From a virus: 64,000 bases of DNA. The stretch spans positions 6,749-70,748 of IMG/VR virus record IMGVR_UViG_3300048591_000302; one strand, 5' to 3'. Positions 9,500-19,020 of this stretch are shown piece by piece. How positions within the stretch are numbered: the first letter of the stretch is position 1; each line of letters starts with the position of its first letter. The notes under the pieces were generated by a model. That model had not been told where the DNA came from. It saw only the letters and a program-made list of their open reading frames with translations, and did no database searches. A program made the position numbers and the translations under genes.

Positions 9500-9855
9500 G
9501 ACTGCTTCTCCATCGATTTGGCTTTGTGCATTTTGATGAACTCGCCCACAAGGAAGCGGTCCACCTTACGACATCTGATTCCGAGATTGCGCTCGATGAA
9601 TCGTACGGATTCGAGCTGCCCGGCTGTCGGGGCAAACTTCTCCACGATCAATTGAGCGTCATCATTGCTCAGCTGTATGTCAGCTGATTGACCAACCTCT
9701 TTGATTGTGTCAATCAGCTTAGCCAAGTGTCCGTCTGTGTCCAGACAAACACGGGCAGCGATCCTGAAGATCACCATCTTCCCGTTAATCATCCAGATTC
9801 TCCATGCTTGTAAGAACAGGTATTTTGAGAACGACTGACGCCACATAGATTTCAA
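9496..9855 (-). CDS. Hypothetical protein
   Basis: Operon context; start uncertain. Confidence 0.45.
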   Translation of the reverse strand: MKSMWRQSFSKYLFLQAWRIWMINGKMVIFRIAARVCLDTDGHLAKLIDTIKEVGQSADIQLSNDDAQLIVEKFAPTAGQLESVRFIERNLGIRCRKVDRFLVGEFIKMHKAKSMEKQS

Positions 9856-10111
9856 CGCTGACGCCCGTACTGTGCGAAGATTGTGGCATCACAAACATAT
9901 GAGTGAAACCACCATTCAATAATACTGTCAAATGACGACACATGCACTCAGACCATGGCTTGTCCGGGTCCATCTCCGACTGGATCGGATTGTAGACGTT
10001 GCCATAGACTGATAGCTTACGCTCATACGATCTGAAATCTTCCTTGATGTCCTCAAGCTTCATACCGGCGTTGAGCCTGTTAGATATTGAGCCTGCCAAG
10101 TAGATTTTCAT
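9785..10111 (-). CDS. DUF4406 / nucleoside deoxyribosyltransferase-like protein
   Basis: KIYLAGSIS...VYNP...W..CM...STGVSVE pattern. Confidence 0.75.
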   Translation of the reverse strand: MKIYLAGSISNRLNAGMKLEDIKEDFRSYERKLSVYGNVYNPIQSEMDPDKPWSECMCRHLTVLLNGGFTHMFVMPQSSHSTGVSVEIYVASVVLKIPVLTSMENLDD

Positions 10112-10290
10112 TCGCAATGCTCCACGCGGGCTGTGATGTTGGACATCTGACCGACATTCAGATCGAGGAAATCCACGATCTTCATCTTTTCCAAAACGGC
10201 ATTCTCGTGAACAACCGGATCGAAGCCACGCTCGTCATATGCCCGTTCGTCGATTTCGTAATCAGCTGAGAACACAATTCTTAGTTTCAT
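10108..10290 (-). CDS. Hypothetical protein
   Basis: Abuts both neighbours. Confidence 0.45.
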   Translation of the reverse strand: MKLRIVFSADYEIDERAYDERGFDPVVHENAVLEKMKIVDFLDLNVGQMSNITARVEHCE

Positions 10291-10512
10291 TCAAACCCAA
10301 CTTTCATGATAGATTTTATTACCAACAATTCTTGTTGTGGATTTAGGAAACCACCTGCAAGCAATTTCACCCCCTACATGGTACATAAGATGGTATGCAA
10401 GTTCAGTTTCCCCGAGCTTCATCGCTAAGACGTATTTGATGGTACAAGTTCGAGGTCTTGTGTCTAAATCCTCGGCATCGTCATATATATCATAGTCATC
10501 CGCGTAACCCAT
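10291..10512 (-). CDS. Hypothetical protein
   Basis: GAGGTGA RBS; C-terminal WFPKS motif common in small phage proteins. Confidence 0.55.
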   Translation of the reverse strand: MGYADDYDIYDDAEDLDTRPRTCTIKYVLAMKLGETELAYHLMYHVGGEIACRWFPKSTTRIVGNKIYHESWV

Positions 10513-10515
10513 AAA

Positions 10516-10929
10516 TCACCTCAGATCATAATGCTGGGTTTCGAAATCCAGAGCAGTATCCAGGATATATTGTTGTGTATTCTTGGGCTGTATCTTATCT
10601 TTCGGTATCAACCCGAAGCGATCATTGATTTGCATAATCCGCCGTGTATAGAACTTCCAAGCGTTGAACCGCTTAGTTGGCGAAGCATTCGGGTTAAGAA
10701 GAACCTTCCTATATCGTTGCCACTCAAGAAACACAGCGTGTTCATACGGAGTAAGTCGACCAGTATCGCGCTTCTGTTGAAGACGATACTGGTCGGTCAC
10801 CCACTTCTGATACTGCTCGTTCCAGGGCATTCTCTGATTATAGAATCCCTGGACCGATGCCTCTCCTGCGTTAGCCGCAGATAGGAGAGTCCAAATTAGG
10901 ACCAGTATACAGTTTATTTTGTACATCAC
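10516..10929 (-). CDS. Hypothetical exported protein
   Basis: Hydrophobic N-terminus ending in AANA-G, resembling a signal peptidase I site. Confidence 0.5.
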   Translation of the reverse strand: MMYKINCILVLIWTLLSAANAGEASVQGFYNQRMPWNEQYQKWVTDQYRLQQKRDTGRLTPYEHAVFLEWQRYRKVLLNPNASPTKRFNAWKFYTRRIMQINDRFGLIPKDKIQPKNTQQYILDTALDFETQHYDLR

Positions 10930-11716
10930 ACACCGTTTTGATGTCTTGGATCATGTCTCGGTCAGTAATGCCACCAGAGCACCAGGCGGCAACGCGAGTA
11001 TGAATGCCGTAACCGATGTTAGCGGCAAGCAATTCGACGAGCTTGTCAACTTCACCGCGACAACGAACACGACGAGCGTTGGAGTTCGCAGATGTCCGAG
11101 TGACAACCTTGGAACGAACGCTCCCGTCAGCATTGTTCTCGTGATGGATCTTGAGGCGCTTCGCCAGATCGTACATCTTGTCCTTGTCGTCACGGAGAGA
11201 GTACAAATCACGAACCGAAGCCTGCGAAAGAATGTTCTTGGCTGCCAGTTCCTGAATGTCAACGGGAAGCTTCAGCAAGAGCCAGCGGCATTGAACCCAA
11301 CCACGAGATTTGCCGATCCGATCGGCAACTTCGTATTCGTTCAGACCGGCAGCAAGCAACGCCTCGATGCCTTTGGCTTCTTGGTAGAGCGACAGGGCAC
11401 GACGCTTCAGGTTCTCGGACAGGTTCATGACGCGGGCTTGCGTTTCGTCGATGTCAGTCCGAATGATGCACGGGATGGTCTTCTTGCCAAGCAATTCGTG
11501 CGCTTTGTACCGGCAGTTACCGGCAACGACACGATACTTGTAGAACTTCCCATCGCTTGCCAGTCTCTCAAACGGCTGAATCATGATTGGCTGCATCAGA
11601 CCATTGGCTTCGATGTCCTCAGCCAATTCCTGTACCTCCGACGGGTTGATGACGCCACGACAGTTGAAGGTCGGGTCCGAAATCATTTCTTCGAGTGCGA
11701 TCAGCTTGACTTCCAT
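10871..11716 (-). CDS. ParB/Spo0J-family protein 1
   Basis: ELAEDIEANGLMQPI, VVAGNCRYKA, ENLKR and HTH EVADRIGKSRGWV. Confidence 0.88.
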   Translation of the reverse strand: MEVKLIALEEMISDPTFNCRGVINPSEVQELAEDIEANGLMQPIMIQPFERLASDGKFYKYRVVAGNCRYKAHELLGKKTIPCIIRTDIDETQARVMNLSENLKRRALSLYQEAKGIEALLAAGLNEYEVADRIGKSRGWVQCRWLLLKLPVDIQELAAKNILSQASVRDLYSLRDDKDKMYDLAKRLKIHHENNADGSVRSKVVTRTSANSNARRVRCRGEVDKLVELLAANIGYGIHTRVAAWCSGGITDRDMIQDIKTVCDVQNKLYTGPNLDSPICG

Positions 11717-13590
11717 TAGAATACCCTCCTAAGTTCGTTTGTTGTTATTGTCTGCAAGTCACGTTTCTTCTTCAAGTTCTGTAAGATTAACTCATCTGTA
11801 GGCAGATGAATGATATCGATGATCGTAGCACCTGCGTTGGTATCCATCCCTAATCTGTGGATACGGTCCTCAGATTGCATACGACTCTCGGCGTTGTAAT
11901 CATTGCTGTAATAGACGATGGCAGGTGACGCTGTAAGCGTAAGTCCCATACCGCCGGCACCCGGTTGAGCAACGAATGCAATCAATGGATAATCGTCGAA
12001 GTTCTCTTGGAACGCTCGTAACACTTCGGTATTATCCTTGATGCCCATTGTGTTGATCCAGCCTCGACCATCAACCTGTATGACATTCCATCCTGCTTTC
12101 TTGGCAATGTCCGTACAGATATCAACCGAGCCTTGATAGCCTCCGTAGATTACGAGCCTTCCAATTTCGGAGTACTCGTCGAGCAGGTCTTGCAAGACTG
12201 CCATCTTCGGAGATTTCACAACCTGTGACTGACGTTCGACGATTGGGGCTTTGCCCTCACCCTTACAATGAGGACACACGATTGTCACCATTTCATAGGT
12301 CACCTCCTGCATTTCACCACTGATTGTAACATCTATACCGTCGTTGCTCGTTGAAGCAATAGCTTCAGTGATCTTGCCAACGCCATCACAGACTTCGCAA
12401 CGACCCATTCTGTCAGTCACCACTTCGATGTACTGGAACCCGTCACTCAGCTCACGAAGTAGATTGAGCGCAGTAATTGCTCTTGGTGCTTTCGCGGCAA
12501 TCGTAGTCATTGCCCGGCGTGTTGCTGAATCGATATCACACTTGATAAGCCGATAGATCTTGTCTGGCAGATTCAGCAAATCTTTCTTGAGCTGAATGAT
12601 GGCAATGCCCTTCATACGTTCGCCGAGAACCTTGACTTCGTTCTTGGCTTCGTTGAATGAGTGATACGTTATGGAGCCGATCACATGATTCGCATGATCT
12701 TTGGTCATCCCGCAGGTACGGCACAAGCCTTCCTTGTCATACCACGTCACCAACTTGGGGAACGTATTACCCGCGAGACCTTCTTGTTTCACGATCAAAC
12801 CAAGACGGTCGCGGAATTTGTGAATGTTGCCCTCAACGAGAAAGCCTGGACAACACACTTCAACTTGCCAATACCAGTCTGTTGGGTTTCTTGGAGCGGG
12901 TGTACCTGACATCAAGATTACGAAACCGTCGTTGTTGCGCAAGTTCCGAATTGTTGAAGCGAGTTTCATAGCCGACTTGGAACGTTGTGCATTCGGATTC
13001 TTCAATCTCGATGATTCGTCGAAGACGACTCCATCGTATTGGTCACCAATGCACTTCTCGAACATGTTGTAAGACATGAACGTCGGCATGATCTCGGCTT
13101 TCCATTTCTGGAACTCAAGCTTGTTGGCATACAACACGCTTTTGGGAGCTACCCATAGCCAGTTACGTAATCCTTGCTTGGCTGCCCACTCCATGGTTTC
13201 GATAGCCATGAGTGTTTTGCCAAGGCCCATCTCTGAGCCAAGAATGCACTGGCGGCGCGTGATAAGATGCCTGATTCCGTCGATCTGATAGGGTCTGAGA
13301 GAGCGTTTGCTCTCGTATTCGAGAAGAGGTTTGTCATATCGCTCGTAAGGATTCAATCCTTCGAGAAACATGAGCTGGAAGATGTTTCGCTCTGTTGCCT
13401 TGATTGACCAATCTTTGGTTGGATTCACTTCGTCGAAGCCGTGATACTTGGCTCCGTCAAAGGTCTTGATTCGGTCAATCAAAGTCTTATTGTAACCGCT
13501 TTGGATGCGGATACGATCCTTATCCCAGATCAGTTTGACAGGGACTTTGCGCCTGTCAACGATGAAGAATGTTTGTTCAATGTTTGACAT
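11716..13590 (-). CDS. SNF2-family helicase with zinc-finger insertions
   Basis: LRPYQ, EMGLGKT, FDES, SGTP, GMGLTL and QSEDRIHRLG. Confidence 0.9.
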   Translation of the reverse strand: MSNIEQTFFIVDRRKVPVKLIWDKDRIRIQSGYNKTLIDRIKTFDGAKYHGFDEVNPTKDWSIKATERNIFQLMFLEGLNPYERYDKPLLEYESKRSLRPYQIDGIRHLITRRQCILGSEMGLGKTLMAIETMEWAAKQGLRNWLWVAPKSVLYANKLEFQKWKAEIMPTFMSYNMFEKCIGDQYDGVVFDESSRLKNPNAQRSKSAMKLASTIRNLRNNDGFVILMSGTPAPRNPTDWYWQVEVCCPGFLVEGNIHKFRDRLGLIVKQEGLAGNTFPKLVTWYDKEGLCRTCGMTKDHANHVIGSITYHSFNEAKNEVKVLGERMKGIAIIQLKKDLLNLPDKIYRLIKCDIDSATRRAMTTIAAKAPRAITALNLLRELSDGFQYIEVVTDRMGRCEVCDGVGKITEAIASTSNDGIDVTISGEMQEVTYEMVTIVCPHCKGEGKAPIVERQSQVVKSPKMAVLQDLLDEYSEIGRLVIYGGYQGSVDICTDIAKKAGWNVIQVDGRGWINTMGIKDNTEVLRAFQENFDDYPLIAFVAQPGAGGMGLTLTASPAIVYYSNDYNAESRMQSEDRIHRLGMDTNAGATIIDIIHLPTDELILQNLKKKRDLQTITTNELRRVF

Positions 13591-13891
13591 TTTTACCTAT
13601 CCTCTTGAAGAGTTCAGCATCTATTTTATACAACTCGTCGAACACTTTACCAAGACCGTCTATGTTGGTCACATACTCATACTTGTGCAAGTTTGAGTAG
13701 ATATTGTACCAATCTAATAGTGTCCCGGTACAGATGTAAGCATCTGTGTTCGTGAGTTCATCGACTAACAAATACTTGTTGAATAGGAACATCAAATTAC
13801 AATTGAGCTTCAGAACATAGCTGACGTAACAGTGAGATCGCATAATCTCGATCGGTAAAGTCTGCTTTGGTACTGATCGTATGATTTGCAT
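13577..13891 (-). CDS. Hypothetical protein
   Basis: 104-aa ORF filling the gap. Confidence 0.45.
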   Translation of the reverse strand: MQIIRSVPKQTLPIEIMRSHCYVSYVLKLNCNLMFLFNKYLLVDELTNTDAYICTGTLLDWYNIYSNLHKYEYVTNIDGLGKVFDELYKIDAELFKRIGKNVKH

Positions 13892-13895
13892 GGTG

Positions 13896-13926
13896 AAGAA
13901 AAGGCGGGTGTATTGCTACACCCGCC
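13896..13926 (-). terminator. Intrinsic terminator
   Basis: GGCGGGTGTA/TACACCCGCC 10-bp stem followed by TTTTCTT on the minus strand, just after the 13942 stop. Confidence 0.75.
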
Positions 13927-13941
13927 ACCCTTTCCCCCGCT

Positions 13942-14604
13942 CTACACAGTCCTGTCGGAAACAGGTTCTGCTTCAGGTGCTTGCTCGGCAGTCTGAATCT
14001 TCGGATTGTTGAAATCCTGGATTGCAGCAGCGATTGCCTCGTCGTCCGGCAACGGATTGATCACGTTTTTACAGTCGATACACTTGGGAGCGTGCCAACT
14101 GTAGCCGTTTGCTTCGACGAGAACGCTTTTCACCGTGGCAGATCGCCCAATCCGCGATACGAAGGCACGGGTCTCGTAGCGTGACGACTTGTTTCCGAGC
14201 AGGTACGGGACGAAGGTTTCCTTCGACGGGAACCAGAGCAGGAACTCAGGACCGGCCATATTGCCCATCCGGACTTCCTGAACCTTGCTGTCCGAGTCTT
14301 GCATGATCTGCTTGAAGAGTTCGCTCTCCGGCTCATGCGAGACAACGACTTTCTCATCGCTGAACTTGATGGCTTTGGGACGCCAAGCCAAGATGATGCA
14401 ATCGAACTCCTTGCCAACGTCGCAGATTTCTTTGCCTTCGACGTAGCCGAAGTGACCCATCCCGATTGCACCGGTCTTGACTTCGCGACTCGACGAGCCG
14501 TAAAGTTGCATCCGATTGAAGCCGCCTTTGGACATGTTCTCGATGAACGACTCATCCCACTGGGTAGGAACGGACGGAACGGAAACGATCATTTCATTAC
14601 TCAT
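13942..14604 (-). CDS. Putative single-stranded DNA-binding protein
   Basis: Position in the replication module, beta-rich aromatic core and acidic/Pro tail; inferred. Confidence 0.45.
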   Translation of the reverse strand: MSNEMIVSVPSVPTQWDESFIENMSKGGFNRMQLYGSSSREVKTGAIGMGHFGYVEGKEICDVGKEFDCIILAWRPKAIKFSDEKVVVSHEPESELFKQIMQDSDSKVQEVRMGNMAGPEFLLWFPSKETFVPYLLGNKSSRYETRAFVSRIGRSATVKSVLVEANGYSWHAPKCIDCKNVINPLPDDEAIAAAIQDFNNPKIQTAEQAPEAEPVSDRTV

Positions 14605-14615
14605 GGTCTTAATCC

Positions 14616-14650
14616 TTAGTGATTAATGATTAACGATTAGTGATTAACGA
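14616..14650. repeat. Imperfect heptamer tandem repeat
   Basis: GATTAAT GATTAAC GATTAGT GATTAAC between parB2 and the SSB-like gene. Confidence 0.75.
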
Positions 14651-14651
14651 A

Positions 14652-15692
14652 TCAGACTTCGACGACCTTCGCCGTGTCAGCGGTGACAGCGACGTTACCA
14701 TTCAACTCGCTCTTCATCTGTTCGAGCTTGGCAACTTCGCGTTCGAGCTTCTTGCGCTTGCGTTCTTCGTCACGCTTGGACGCCGCTTCTTCGAGCGACA
14801 TCTTGCGCTCGTCGAATTTCCGCTTGGCTTCGCCGATGCTCTCCGGATCGAGACGCATACACCACGTCAGGGCGAAGAGGAAGGCTCCGGAGGGATCGGT
14901 GATACTGTTCCGGCTCAGCAGATCGGCAACATCTGCGGTGTTGTTGCGCATGGATTCAATTTCACCCTTGTTGCGCCACGTTGCCACGGTCGGAGGAACG
15001 AACTCTTCCGTTGCGCCACGACCTTCACGCTTCGCCTTGTTCAGCTCGGCGAGACGGCTTTTGATGTTGCCAGCGAACTCGCGGGACGAATCATTGATCG
15101 CCGCTTCCTTGTAGTTCAGCTGTTCTTCCGGCGGCAGATTGGCGAGAGCGAACGCATTGGAGAGCTTGATGACGCCTTCGTCGACCAGGGTCGCGATATC
15201 TTCGTGGAGCTTGATGAGCTTCATCCGTTCCTTCACGAACGCCTCGGAGACGGCGAGCATTTTCGCCATTTCTTTGGTGGTCATGAGCGGATCGGCTGCC
15301 ATGATTCGCACCATCTGCTGCGTGAATTGCGCCGGAAGGGTGTCGATGCGGTGATGGTTCGCCATGAACTGGTCAACGAGTGCTTCGTTGTCGCTGATGT
15401 TACGAATCAGCGCCGGGACTTCGGACAGACCAGCCATCTTGCTTGCCGTGAAACGTTGCAGACCGTCACAGAGGATGTACTTGCCTTCGATTGCGTCAAT
15501 CTCGATTTCCTGGCTTTCCTTGAGCTGAACCGCGTCGTCCTGCGTCATCGGACGAACCGAGAGCGCATTGATCAGACCACGGGCAGCAATGGAATCGACG
15601 AGTTCTTGGAACTTTTCGGTTTCCTTGTTGACCGGTCTGAGAGCGACTGGAGATTCGTAAATCTCCCCGAGTTTGAGCATTTTCTGCTCCAT
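14652..15692 (-). CDS. ParB-family protein 2 with C-terminal coiled coil
   Basis: ELVDSIAARGLINAL, ILCDGLQRFTA, HTH KEMAKMLAVSEAFV and a charged tail; GGAGG RBS. Confidence 0.85.
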   Translation of the reverse strand: MEQKMLKLGEIYESPVALRPVNKETEKFQELVDSIAARGLINALSVRPMTQDDAVQLKESQEIEIDAIEGKYILCDGLQRFTASKMAGLSEVPALIRNISDNEALVDQFMANHHRIDTLPAQFTQQMVRIMAADPLMTTKEMAKMLAVSEAFVKERMKLIKLHEDIATLVDEGVIKLSNAFALANLPPEEQLNYKEAAINDSSREFAGNIKSRLAELNKAKREGRGATEEFVPPTVATWRNKGEIESMRNNTADVADLLSRNSITDPSGAFLFALTWCMRLDPESIGEAKRKFDERKMSLEEAASKRDEERKRKKLEREVAKLEQMKSELNGNVAVTADTAKVVEV

Positions 15693-15717
15693 TTCGTGCC
15701 TCCGTATTTTGGAGTTT

Positions 15718-15834
15718 GGTTATGTAATCTGGGCGTTTTACCCAGATATCCGGTAGGTTATGTAATCTCGCAGATTACGCAAATCTCAGTATCAGTATTC
15801 CCAGATTACGAGATTATGCGTAATCTCATAATCT
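15718..15834. promoter_or_regulatory. Array of GATTAY/RTAATC operator-like motifs (left arm)
   Basis: GGTTATGTAATC twice plus the near-palindrome AGATTACG AGATTATG CGTAATCT CATAATCT at 15803-15834. Confidence 0.65.
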
Positions 15835-16007
15835 ACAGTTTGTTCCGCGACATAAGGCAGTAAATAGCGGTTTGCGTCAATTCCTATCGGTCTAACTTGA
15901 ACGGTATGGCGTTTACTGCCTTTATCCATATTCATATATAGGTCGGCTTTCAAGTTGAAATTTGACGGCTAAAAACAAAAGACAAGAAAAATTTTCGACT
16001 CTATCAT

Positions 16008-16036
16008 ACAATACCACAATTCGGACTAAAAAACAA
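16008..16036 (-). promoter_or_regulatory. Putative leftward promoter TTGTTT-N17-TATTGT
   Basis: Inverted counterpart of the element at 16290-16317 (CGTTTGTTTT...GTATTGTAT). Confidence 0.5.
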
Positions 16037-16289
16037 ACGTGAAACTAAAAAAGGTGAAAAAAAGTCGGTAAAATGAGTAGAATTTACAAAGCATTCAACC
16101 TATAGCGTTTTACAGATACTTATTTATCCTTATTTATCTACATTATCCCCTTCAGGGTTCCTTTCAGGTTCTCTTTGATATAGAGAGGACTTCTTTTTTG
16201 AGTGTCGGTTTGTAAGTTGTTCATAGTCAAACTTATCAACCTACTTATTTATTGCGTTTTCGGACATTCCATTTATTTCAATATACCGT

Positions 16290-16317
16290 TTGTTTTGTAA
16301 AGGGTTTAGCGTATTGT
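16290..16317 (+). promoter_or_regulatory. Putative rightward promoter TTGTTT-N16-TATTGT
   Basis: Upstream of the primase operon; same layout as the elements at 5099, 16008 and 62736. Confidence 0.5.
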
Positions 16318-16359
16318 ATAGTAATGCGGTTTCGTTTTACGCGCATGAAACGCCGTTTG

Positions 16360-16404
16360 TGATTACGAGATTATGCGTAATCTCATAATCTGGATTACAT
16401 AACC
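16360..16404. promoter_or_regulatory. Array of GATTAY/RTAATC operator-like motifs (right arm)
   Basis: Exact 31-bp copy (16361-16391) of 15804-15834, followed by GATTACATAACC, the reverse complement of 15718-15729. Confidence 0.65.
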
Positions 16405-16425
16405 ACAAAAATAAGGTACAAAAGC

Positions 16426-19020
16426 ATGGTCACAAGAGGGCAGATTATCAAAGATTTCCTTGAAAATACGCCAGATTATGATAATCTCGCTGATTTGTAT
16501 GCACTTTACCGCGATGAAATGCAATGTCATGTAGTGGTTGCAGCAGATAACGGTAAGCGTGACGGATTAGGTTGGACGGACGGCGTTTCATCTTGGTATC
16601 CTTTCGTGATTTCAGACCAAGATTCACTAATCAAACATGTCGGTTTTGATTTGCGCAGTCATGTTGAAGGTATTGGACTCACTGGCTGGAACTGGAAAGA
16701 GAAATGCAGCATGTGGGTCGCCTTTGACTTCGACTCGCTTGTCAATCATAAACAGGGATTGACGGAATCTGAACTCAAAGACATCGCGAATGCAGTAAGT
16801 AACATCGAATGGGTAACTATTCGGCACTCAACGAGCGGGAAAGGTTATCACATCTATGTTAGATTAGATCCTGCAATCCCCACGGATAACCGTGCTGAAC
16901 ACTCAGCACTTGCGAGAGCGGTATTGCACAGGATGACAGCGTTGACCGGCTATAACTTCAAGGACAAGATTGACGTCTGTGGCGGTAACATGTGGGTTTG
17001 GCACCGCAAGATGCGTGGTACGAATGGTCTTGAACTGATTAAAAGTGGTATTCCACTCAATAACCTTCCGAATTGGAAGGAACATATTGATGTGATTACC
17101 CAATCTCAGCGCAAACCTCGTGATTATGACACCTTGGTTTCAGCCAGAACCAATATCAAGCTTGATGCGTCACATCTGAAGTTGTTGAATTGGCTTCAAG
17201 ATAACGGTTGTACATGGTGGTGGGATAATGATAGGCATTTGCTTGTCACACATTCGATTGATCTCAAGCAAGCACACGAATCACTCGAACTAAAGGGGTT
17301 GTTTGAGACAAACAGTAGCCGGACTACAACACACAACGTGTTTTGTTTTCCATTGCGTTGTGGTGCGTGGGTCGTTCGTCGCTTCGGTAAGGGATGTACC
17401 GAGCATGAATCGTGGGAAGTAGACGCAAATGGATGGACAAGATGCTACTTCAACACAGATTTGGACATCAATACGGCTTCGCGTACGTTTGGTGGCACTG
17501 AACATCCAAATGGTGGCTTCATTTTTGGCGAAACAGAGAGTGCTGTCAAAGCTGCGCTCTCCTTAGGTGTGCATTTAGACTTGCCACCTAAGGCAAACCT
17601 GTGTACGTGTCGCATGAAAGAACATAGAGATGGTCGTCTGATTGTCGAAATCTTTGATAAGGAGAACCATTTAGCTGGGACAATGGACGGTTGGATTCGC
17701 GATGGTCATTTCTGGAAGAAACTGTACAACAAGAACAGGCAGAATAAGACAACAGAAGAGCTTGAGAACTTCGATGACTTGATTCGGCATCTGATTTCAC
17801 CATCTGGAGAGGATCAGGGCTGGGCGATCTATGTCAACGGAGAGTGGACCTTTGAAATCCTAACGCATATCAAGCTGGCTCTGGCAAGTCTTGGCTATAA
17901 ACAGAAGGAGATTAACGAAATCTTGGGTTCCTCGGTGCTGAAAGGATGGAAACTTGTCAATGTTCCCTTCGCAACCGAATATCCCGGCGACAGATCGTGG
18001 AATCTCAATGGTGCTCAGTTGGTGTATCAGCCAACTATCACGTCAATTGATTCACTACAAGTGAGTTGCCCGCACTGGTGGTCAATTATTGAGCATATTG
18101 GTCAGTCTTTGGATGAAGCAGTATCAACCAATGATTGGGCACTCAGTAACCGTATCTATACTGGTGCTGATTACATAACCTGTTGGATTTCCTCACTCTT
18201 TCAAGAGTCAACGCAACCGTTACCTTACTTGTTTCTCTATGGGAAACAGAACACTGGGAAATCCATACTGCATGAAGCTCTTTCGTTGCTTATGACTAAG
18301 GGCTATGTCAGAGCAGACAATGCTCTTACAAGTCAAGGCGGCTTCAATGCCGAGTTGGAGTCAGCGGTTTTGTGCGTTGTTGAAGAAACGAATCTCAAAA
18401 CTGCTAAGGAAGCATCAAACAGAATCAAAGATTGGGTAACCGCACGTGAGCTGTCTATTCATCATAAGGGTAAAACACCCTACATGATTAAGAACGTGAC
18501 ACACTGGATGCAATTCAGTAACGAGTATGATGCTTGTCCAGTGTTTCCCGGTGACACGCGAATCGTTGTTATTCATGTGAATGAGCTTAAGAGTATTGTT
18601 CCCAAGAAGAGGCTTATCGAACATTTGAAAGAGGAAGCCTCAGCTTTCATGAACTATATTCTTAACTTCCAGATTCCGGAATCACCTGATCGCTTGAACG
18701 TTCCAGTACTTCAAACAACAGACAAATTCAATATTGCAGAAAGTAACAAAAGCTTAGTCGAGGTGTTTATCGAAGAAAAGTGTCACTCTGTGCCTGGTCA
18801 TCTGATCAAATTCAGCGACATGTATCAGGAGTTCATCAATTGGCTTGGACCAACAACAGATTATTGGGGAAAGAAACGCTTCTCTAAGGAGCTTCCTCCC
18901 CATATTCTTCGGGGTCGTAGTCCACAAAACAATCAACTTTATGTGGCAAACCTGACCATGTACGCTGAAGCAGAGCCAGGTATGCCCTATAGGGTAATAG
19001 ACGGAAAGGTTACTCAATGA
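16426..19020 (+). CDS. Primase-helicase: AEP/NrS-1-like primase plus SF3 (DUF5906/D5-like) helicase
   Basis: AFDFD and STSGKGYHIY primase motifs; GKQNTGKS Walker A, VVEET and FSN...GDTR helicase motifs. Confidence 0.88.
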   Translation: MVTRGQIIKDFLENTPDYDNLADLYALYRDEMQCHVVVAADNGKRDGLGWTDGVSSWYPFVISDQDSLIKHVGFDLRSHVEGIGLTGWNWKEKCSMWVAFDFDSLVNHKQGLTESELKDIANAVSNIEWVTIRHSTSGKGYHIYVRLDPAIPTDNRAEHSALARAVLHRMTALTGYNFKDKIDVCGGNMWVWHRKMRGTNGLELIKSGIPLNNLPNWKEHIDVITQSQRKPRDYDTLVSARTNIKLDASHLKLLNWLQDNGCTWWWDNDRHLLVTHSIDLKQAHESLELKGLFETNSSRTTTHNVFCFPLRCGAWVVRRFGKGCTEHESWEVDANGWTRCYFNTDLDINTASRTFGGTEHPNGGFIFGETESAVKAALSLGVHLDLPPKANLCTCRMKEHRDGRLIVEIFDKENHLAGTMDGWIRDGHFWKKLYNKNRQNKTTEELENFDDLIRHLISPSGEDQGWAIYVNGEWTFEILTHIKLALASLGYKQKEINEILGSSVLKGWKLVNVPFATEYPGDRSWNLNGAQLVYQPTITSIDSLQVSCPHWWSIIEHIGQSLDEAVSTNDWALSNRIYTGADYITCWISSLFQESTQPLPYLFLYGKQNTGKSILHEALSLLMTKGYVRADNALTSQGGFNAELESAVLCVVEETNLKTAKEASNRIKDWVTARELSIHHKGKTPYMIKNVTHWMQFSNEYDACPVFPGDTRIVVIHVNELKSIVPKKRLIEHLKEEASAFMNYILNFQIPESPDRLNVPVLQTTDKFNIAESNKSLVEVFIEEKCHSVPGHLIKFSDMYQEFINWLGPTTDYWGKKRFSKELPPHILRGRSPQNNQLYVANLTMYAEAEPGMPYRVIDGKVTQ

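Noticed and set aside
14640-15863. 407-aa plus-strand ORF (also 10919-11719)
   Set aside because: Antisense to the parB genes; explained by codon bias.
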